Source of the DNA: Vermamoeba vermiformis
Lineage: Eukaryota
Length of the DNA stretch: 64,000 bases
Assembly: GCA_045837725.1 (NCBI GenBank)
Contig: JBEWZL010000204.1
Span: 1-64,000, forward strand
Direction: 5' to 3'
Shown: piece by piece, positions 55,532-64,000 of the stretch
Layout of the letters: each line of letters begins with the position of its first letter
Numbering within the stretch: the first letter of the stretch is position 1
Program-made: the position numbers and the translations under genes
Notes under the pieces: model-generated
Database searches by the model: none
What the model was told of the DNA's origin: nothing
Seen by the model: only the letters and a program-made list of their open reading frames with translations

Positions 55532-58500
55532 ATGGAATCCACAACGCCCGATCTGCAGTGGGAGACTATTCCACAAGATATTTTGACTCAAATATTCAAA
55601 TATCTACCTGTTGCGCCCGATAGATGGCACTGCTTATTCGTACGTAGCTTCCGTGCTCATTTTACGATGAATCACCAAGCCAGAAAAAAATTAGAAAATT
55701 GATTATTTAGGACCAAAAATTATGAAATAATATTTTTAAACTGTTTATTACTGCGTAACGGTAATTTGTGATGTTAAAAAGTATTTTGGAATTTTTCTGT
55801 TTGAAATCCGGCTTATAGTACTCTATTTAGGTCAGTAAGGCGTTCCATTCGGCAATGCAATCTCGTTTACTATGGACCCATATCACACTCCAAGATTGCA
55901 GCATTATGCCCAAGAAGAGAGGTTGGGATGACGTGGATCGTCGCATTCAGAAGCCAAAGAAGCTCGAGTTCGTTACCGCTGCTTTCTTAGGCTACTTGCA
56001 GAAAAATCACCGCGATACAGTGGTCGAATTGGATTTAACTCACGCTTCCTTTGAGAGTGAGGTACGGATTCGAAATTTTATGGTCAAAGTCGAATTAATA
56101 TCGTGATGTAGGGTGAATATCTTCCTCGAAAATTCAATCTTCAATACAGCCCGGAATATAATGAAGATCATATGAACGTATTTTGGTCTCTAATGTTCAA
56201 CTTCCCGAACTTGCGCAATTTGAGCCTTTTCGGATCCTTTTTCACCAACGGATCGATGGGTAAATATTTGCCCATTACTGCGTCATAATATTTATATACT
56301 AACATTATTATAGTTACTTTTGGTGCTCCTGCCAACAAGAACTTGAGATCTTCAGTTCGGAATCTGAACTTAATCAAACAAAACTTGTTCTACAACTCGC
56401 GAGATTCGTTGAAGACCATTTTAGACTTCGCACCCGAATTAGAAGTGTTGCAAATGCAAGATATATCTGAAGACAGTGCTGGTTTGGATCAACAATATCC
56501 GAAATTGAAACATCTCTTGTTTGTTTTGTGCAATATTTCGCCGGGAAATATCTTCGAAACATGTCCAAATTTGGAGCTATTCATTAGTAAGTATAGTAAT
56601 TGTAATCACGTTGGTACTAATTTGAATCTGCAGATCATAAATACGATCATCATTGGGGTGAACCAGAGGAGCCTCCTAAACCTCCTGCTGATCGCGCGAA
56701 AAAACTAGTATTTATTTCTGGCGAACGGTACGAATTAATTTTAATTATAAAATTTTGTGGTGGATCTAATTTTCATGCATCAGAAAACCAATGCGTGACA
56801 TATCCGTGGATGATATCACTGAGAACATTGCAAAGGCAATTGTTAATGTGCGCTATGCTAATAGTGCGGGTCTACCTCAACTTCATGATTTGGTCAATTA
56901 CGATCAAGACGAGCGCTTGGAACTGTGCTTGAAAACTTTGAAGTTGGATCCGAATATCAAGTACGGCACCATAAATTGATAACTTCATTAAACAAATAAT
57001 CATTATTTTTCAAACGATTGCTTATAACGTTATTTTTCAGGTTCCGAGCAGCACCGGATGTGGTGTTGGATCCGTTCGTTTTGATGTATCCGTACGACTC
57101 CAACTCCGATGGCAGAGGCTGGGGCGACGAGGCTACCGATAACAAAGTGCCGCCATTACTAGAGAACGTACGTGCGAGTCTCCCATTCAAATCTCAGCTT
57201 ACTGACGATTGATTTTTTTTCAGGGCGATACTCCGCTTCATTACGCTGTCAAGAGAAAAAAGATTAATTTAGTACGATTGTTATTGGATCACGGCGCAGA
57301 TCCCAACGCCACAAATAGGTACACAAAAGAAAATTACAGGAGTTATTTTCAAGTACTAATTTATTTAACTCATTGTTAGTGCCTATCGCACGCCCCTATG
57401 CTACGTACAAAGCTTTGAAATGTTGCACTTGTTGATGGATCGCGGTGCTTTGTTGAATATTGTAGACAAGGACGGTTGGAATCTGTTGATGAACTTGGTC
57501 GCGAATAAGAGCCGATTGTACCGTAAGTTTAGGGGCTAATCTACTCATTCTTTATCCTTAAAATGTTCATATGTCATTTACTAGAAATTTAACAACAAAT
57601 TTTATCAAGTTTATTAACTATTGCTAACGCAATTTTGTAGCTAACCAACAACTCGAAGAAGTTGAGGATCACTTTACTTTCAATAGCACATCTGTTGTGC
57701 CTGATGGCGCTGCTAGATTGGAATTGTTCGAGCACTTCGTTGAACTCGGCTGTGACGTTGATTATCAAGCGCCAACCGGACTTAACGCGCTCAAAATTGC
57801 GTTGTCCGTCAATGACCAAACGATTGTGGATTACTTACTGAAACACATGAAAGCACCTCTCGTAGAAAAGTACGCCGTGTCGTTGATCTATGTGAAATTT
57901 CATTTTAACGATTAATGCCCAGGTCTCCATGCATCGGTCTTCTTTCATGTGTTGCCGCGACTCAATCACCAGACCTCAAGATGGTAAGTTTATAGCAATA
58001 ACGCTTTGGAGCAGGTGTATAATGAGTAAGCTAGATCGAACGATTGCTATCTTTGGGCGCGGATCCGACCATCGTTGATGAGCGCGGCCAGACTTACCTG
58101 CACGTTGCAGCAGAACAAAATCATTTGCACTTGTTAGAAAGCATCGAGTACGTATTCAGTAACAATAGCATATAAGCCTTAATCGTGATCTTATCTTTGA
58201 AATTTAGACACATCAAAGAGCGTGCCAAGCTGTTGACTATGACCGACGCTGCCGGCTACACTTGCTTGCATTACGCCGTTCTACCACCTGATACGGTAAA
58301 TATATAAGCCTTAAGTGGTGTAAATATGATTAGTGTGAACTGACCTCACTGTTTCTATTTTAGGATATTATTTGGGCATGCGATATTCAGACCGAGTATT
58401 TGACTTACTTGACCAAGAACAAACTCAAACGAAATCCCAATGCAATCAGCCATGTTGAGCGCTTGCATCCGTTTTTGACACTGATCGAGTCAGATGGCGT

Positions 58501-61437
58501 CATTGATGTGCAAGCCGCTTCGGGCGAGACTCCGTTGTTGTTAGCCTGCAGGTCCATGACTGCCGAACGCCGAGTCATTGGTCACGTGCTCAAACACGGT
58601 GCTAATCCCAATGTACCTGTAAGTTATTTTACAACACTGTTTCCAGACAATTCAGATCCACAACGAGAAATTGCTCAAAAAAAGCCGGATCAGTCTTGAC
58701 TTAACGTAACCAAGTCGTAATATGTACTGAGTGTTATATAATAGGACCATGATGGAGGTTCCCCACTGATTGCAGCCGCGTACGCGTTAAATCACATCAT
58801 CGTGAAAGAATTAATCGACGCCGGTGCTGATGTCGCACATTGTGACAACAAAGGTGTCAATGCGTTGTTGGCCGCGACCCTCGCTATCTCAAAGAGATTC
58901 ATGGAAGCGAAATCTCACAATTATCAAAATGGCTTCCGTGATAACCAAAAGCAGTTCGTAAAAGAGTCAGGTAAAAAAAACCGAAGTTCGGGCTACTTGC
59001 AAGAATTAAAGAGTTAGTATTAATTCAACGATTTCCTATTATAGACAAGCGAGGCTACATCGAGATTTTCAAACTTTTACTCGAGAAGAAGATTCCCGTC
59101 AACCAACAAGAGAAGGTAACGAATTCATTTTAGTCTATAATTTCCGTTATTATTCAAAAAAATCATCTTCTATACTCACTTTGATGGGTCGTTTCTAATG
59201 AGTCTTGATGCAGTTATGTGGCGTGTCCGTGTTGCATCTGCTCGCAGGTCTTCCTGAAGACGTGACAGTCGAGTGGATAACGACTCTCGTGAAAGACTAC
59301 GGTGCTGATATTAACTTGCGGTACGATACCTTTGTTGCGGCAGCATAGTTATACTAACTATATAACGCTAGTACTTGGATGAATGAAGCACCTCTGCACT
59401 GCGCCATTCGAAGCAAGTGCGTGGCGTCATTCAAGGCACTTCTTCAGTTGGGCGCTGATGTCAACGCACTTGGAATTGGCATGATGACACGTAAGTTTGA
59501 CACTTGCCTATTTTAGGCAGATAAGTCACGTGACCTTTTATTACAATGTTGAAAAAATCTGCCACGTGTTCCGTTCTGTGAAAATATTTGACACGTAATC
59601 ATGAAGTCTTGTCGTTCAATATTTCACAATTAGATATTTATGCTAGTGTTACGTTGATTATGAGCACTAATATTGAGCTTTTTCATCAGCGTTGCACTAC
59701 ATCTTGGAAGTCAATTACGGCGTGCACGGCTTGAGCACCTACGCGATGTCAGACGAATGCAAAGTCTGCATTGACGGCTTTAAAATTGTTGCAAACACCT
59801 TGATCCGATACCCCTCGTGGACGTGGAGTTCACCCGACGATCGTTCACAGAACTGCACTGCCTCGTTCTACGAGGGCGAGAATGACTCCGCGTTGATTTT
59901 GTTCATGGAACTCTTCAGACACGCCGCGGAAAAATTGGACTTCAATGTGCAGAGCTACTTGGGCTACTTGCCTTTGCACAACGTACGTCGAATTTGAACA
60001 TACATATTATTGGTAGTTAGGTCTTTTAATCAAATACTGGACTGCTGTATTTGTCATAAGAGATTAAGAAATATTGATATCTAGCCTTATGAAGCTCTAG
60101 TCACGTGATCTAATATTTCCTTATTTAGTGCTGGTTATTAGCTAAAAATGTTGTCGATCCCGGCAACGTCACACAAGGCGTAATAGATTCAAAGTATTAC
60201 TTAGTGTCCATGCCACTCACGATGCTCAAGTACGCTACGCGCGAGCAATTGTTGACTAAGAATTTCGCGGAAAGCACGCCCTTCGATCAGCTGTTGAACG
60301 GCGTTTTGACAACACTCAAGCCTAGTACATTGGCTGGCACTTATCCAAGCGTTAAAGAAGGGTAAGATCAACTTTTAGGCCTTAGTCCAATGATTGCTAA
60401 TGCGGATCTGTTTTCCAGATTCGACATGATTTTCGAACGCTGTCTCGCGTTGATTGGCGACACCATTGACATCAATCACGTGATCACCACTGCTGCATTG
60501 GAATGCGAATACAGTGTCGTAGAGCGACTAGCGAAAAAAGCGAAGGAGAATGGTAAGTATTGCACATTTTCGTTTTCACTGAAAATCACGTTCATGAACG
60601 AAAATTTTTGCAATGTTTACACCATTCTAAATATAGCCCTGTATTTAACAGGCAAATTCACCGCTGCCCATATCAAGAAGTCTATGAACGCAACAGTCTC
60701 ATCGATGCTCAGTGCTGTCCTTGCAGATCCAAAGCTGTTTGCACTGTTTAAAGACGTATTAGCACCTATTTGGTCGAAGCCTTTGGATCGCGAACCCCCC
60801 AAAAACTTGGATCCGATGATTTTCTCCTTCCTTTATGCGTACCAGTCTGCTTGCGGTTATGAGGTACTTCATAATGTTCAACATTTATATCTGATTATTT
60901 ATTAATATCTCTTAAATAGGATAAAATCGCTCGTCCTAAAGGGCTTGATGAACTTTTGGAAAGCGGCGGTAAGATCTTGCCTTTTTATTTATTCAGTTTA
61001 ATTTATTAATTTCCTATTATAGTCATCGATTGGAAAATGCAGCTGCCTGATACAAAAGAAAATTTGTTGTTAGCCGCTTACAGTTGGTGGAGAAATGTTG
61101 GTGGCGAAGCATTGCTTTACAACCAGATCTTCTCTCGCAAAGCCGCTATCGAAGCTGACAAGATCATTTCGGACCTTATTAAGCGTAAGTATATTTTATA
61201 GTATATGAAAATTAATTATGAGATGCTAAACGGAATTTTCTGGATGCAGATGGAGTGGATCCGCACCAAAAGAATATCATCGGCCAATCTTTTGCAGATA
61301 TGGTGCCTCAATATGAAAAGGTCGTAGAGAATGCTAAATATTTGCGAGGCGAAAAGAAGGCAGTTGAAAAGGAAAATTATTTGGTGGACAAAAAGCCATC
61401 GATGCTGGTGGAATTATTGCGCGCTATTACTTGCTAG
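55532..61437 (+). CDS. F-box + LRR + ankyrin-repeat protein, paralog B
   Basis: MESTTPD...IPQDILTQIFKYLPVAPDRWHCLF; exon order collinear with paralog A, with shared motifs RYP.W.WSS.DD, WWRN...EALL.N and DPH.KNI.G.SFAD. Confidence 0.8.
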
Positions 61438-61922
61438 ACCTCCTACACTAGCTATTACTTTGATCGAGTTTTTTTTATGACACGACGATAAACAGAAACT
61501 TTACTATTGATCTCCGCACTAATGTCACCAATTGTCCGTGAACGCGACACCGGATCTACGTTTTCGCTTCTGTCCTTACTATACAAAATTTTCAGTATAA
61601 ATTAATCCATTTTCGAAATGAAGTATATGTATATTGATATTGACACTTTGCCAGATAATCAGAAGCTTCGCGAGAGATTTCAAGAGCGGACCACGTTGCT
61701 TCCGCGGAGGGTGTGTTCCAAAGCACAAAATCTTATTATTCAATCGACTACGATAAACGCGTTTGCATTGGGTGGAAATGAAGAATTCCCAAAGATCACG
61801 TTTGTTTTTCTGATGCTAGCGCTATTTTTGTAACTGACGTCAGCCGGCATTAAAAAGCTGTCAAAAGTTGTCGTGTTTATTCTATTAACAAACAACAGCC
61901 CATCACATCAGTATTTTATCCA

Positions 61923-62724
61923 ATGAAACTCTGCGCTACAATCACCGGCGTCCTTATTCTCGGCGGTATTTTTGTTGCTGTCGGGATCTCATCGATAGCG
62001 GTAGGAGGAACCTTCGACACGTTCTATTGCAATGCAACGAAGAGCAGTCAATGCGCACTAAAAGCAAACTTCTACATGTCCAGCGCGGGAGATATCTATT
62101 GCGAGTACGCGATTTGGGATGGCTCTGACTGCCTCGACATCCGCGTCACCAACCAGGTTTATGCATTCTACTCCGTGATGATTGCAGGCGGAGCTGTTAT
62201 ATTATCATTGGCAGTATTAACTTCGCTATTCAGAATATTACAAATAGCGCAGAAGATCACTATCGACACATCCAGAACGAATGTGATTTGGTTGATTTTA
62301 TTTTTCGTCTGTACACTCCTTGGCGTAATGTTCTTTTTATTACAATTCAATGCTGCCAGTATTGCCTGTTCAAGTAATTGCGATTCGCGGTGCGCTTTGC
62401 AAGATCCGTAAGTATTTCTTCATTGCTTTTCTACCCATTGAACCCTTAGTCTAACAACTAATGACATATTATTGCAGATTTAATTTCGGCCAAGTTGATT
62501 TCAACAGCGACGGCACATTAGACTGCATGTCTTGTATCGTTGATGACTATGGCGACTGTGTAAGAGTAGATTCTACGTACGAAGCCATTACGGTGCAGCA
62601 AATGGGTCTTGGTCTAGGCATTCCTTTCATTATTATCGGTCCTATCTTCGGAATTGTTTGGATTGTGCGAGCGGTAATTCAACCGACAAGATCCAAAGGT
62701 ACCGCGCCCACTCCAAAGGCTTAA
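61923..62724 (+). CDS. Four-TM membrane protein with Cys-rich loops (unknown family)
   Basis: Four hydrophobic segments with two Cys-rich loops; one intron at ~62409-62478. Confidence 0.7.
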
Positions 62725-63359
62725 ATCGACATTGAATTATTCTATCAATGTCAATCTACTTCATATTTCTATTAATAAAAAGATCGATTGAACTGTGCAT
62801 TAATTATCGGATCTAGTTCCCTAACCATTTGTGATTCATGCTACTAATCGGACCAATAGAAATATGAGCAGCTCTAATAAATATGATTGCACTACCTACG
62901 TTTTTGTGCACCAAAAAGCGGTGCTAAATCGCCATTCAACGTTTATTCCATGGCAGCCGATCCGCGGGATTTCGTGCGATATTGCTCCTGAAGTCCCTCA
63001 CGTGTCGCAGTTTGGGATTGTGCATGTACAAATCCGACAAGTGCTTCAAATGCGTATCATCGCCTGTTTCGGGCAATAATTCCTCGTCCAACAAACACTT
63101 GATGGTTGGCAATGATCCTGAAACTATCGAGCCAAGTAGTTGGGCCGGACCAAGTGAGATCCCAATCATTAATGGGCGCAAGTAATCCTTTTTTTGTCAC
63201 TATTTCGTGTTCCAATAAGAACTTTAACATCGATAACGCTTCTTCAGTTGTCAGCGTTGTCTCTTCAGCGTTGTCAATCAGTTCTTCATTGTCGAAATTC
63301 TCCGAGCTCACAATCTTCTTGAACCAGTATCGCAATTTAGGTCGTACACTTCGCCTTTT

Positions 63360-63900
63360 ATGGCAGGTTCCTTGCTTATTGCCATTACTGAGCGTGAGAA
63401 GGCATGGGCCAAGTACAACACCAACGACGGCACCACCACCATCGAGGACAAAGTCGTTGGCAAGTACGATCTCGACACCTCTGAAGTGTACCGTGGGGAC
63501 AAGGTCATTGGACGAGTGCAAAAGACCAAAGGACTGTTCCTCGATGTATTCCATGGCAACAACGAGTGCGTCGCTTCGTTCGTGGTCAACAAGTACAACA
63601 ATCAATACGATGGTGCCACCGTCAGACCATTCAACAACCCGTACTCGTGCGAGTTCTTGCAGAGTGGTGAAGTCATGTGCACATGACAGTGGGTTTCATC
63701 TAGTACGTCGGTGAAAAAGACATCGAAGACTACTTTGTGCCTCTCGGTGCCATTTTCATCTTTTGGATCGAGAAGTTTGCTTTGGAGAACCTCGAGACTC
63801 AAAAACCTATGTCTCAAGAGCCCGCTCCTGGAACTTTCGTTGTAAGTGTAAATTCTAACTCCGTTCTGAATCAGTTCTGATCATTTTCTATCAATAGTAA
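63360..63900 (+). CDS. Hypothetical protein (exon structure uncertain)
   Basis: C-ending codon bias in 63367-63670 and 63704-63841; gtaagt donor at 63842. The 5' exon and the 63672-63703 junction are unresolved. Confidence 0.4.
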
Positions 63901-64000
63901 ACCCGTCTTATGGTAAGAGCTTCATTAACCGAACGATTGGAAACGAAAATAATTGATTTACGTTATTCCGCTCGATTTCACGAATAAATAAATTGTTCAC

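Overview
Gene-dense eukaryotic DNA (roughly 40% GC, many short GT-AG introns, standard code). The gene content suggests a free-living amoebozoan-like protist, but that is inference. Gene models were spliced by hand, so some boundaries are approximate. In order: a mirror-symmetric four-gene block (NPC1/Patched-like SSD protein, two convergent Cys-rich GPI-like surface proteins, second NPC1-like copy with a 1-bp frameshift); a PA-domain multi-TM protein; a bacterial-type aminopeptidase N whose 875-nt intron holds strongly structured RNA-like elements; a SPRY protein with a mitochondrial-like presequence; a tandem PhoD-like + EF-hand protein; a UBL-UBA-F-box-LRR fusion; a divergent Rab; a hypothetical protein; an F-box protein; an S10 carboxypeptidase; a GH1 beta-glucosidase; a decayed Ginger/KRBA2-type integrase; a Ulp SUMO protease; Ras; F-box/LRR-TM; RsmE; a malate synthase ending in SKL; two tandem F-box-LRR-ankyrin paralogs; and two small uncharacterised genes. 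The best novelty candidates are the intronic structured RNAs, the inverted NPC1-like/Cys-rich gene-pair duplication and the unusual ubiquitin-system fusions.
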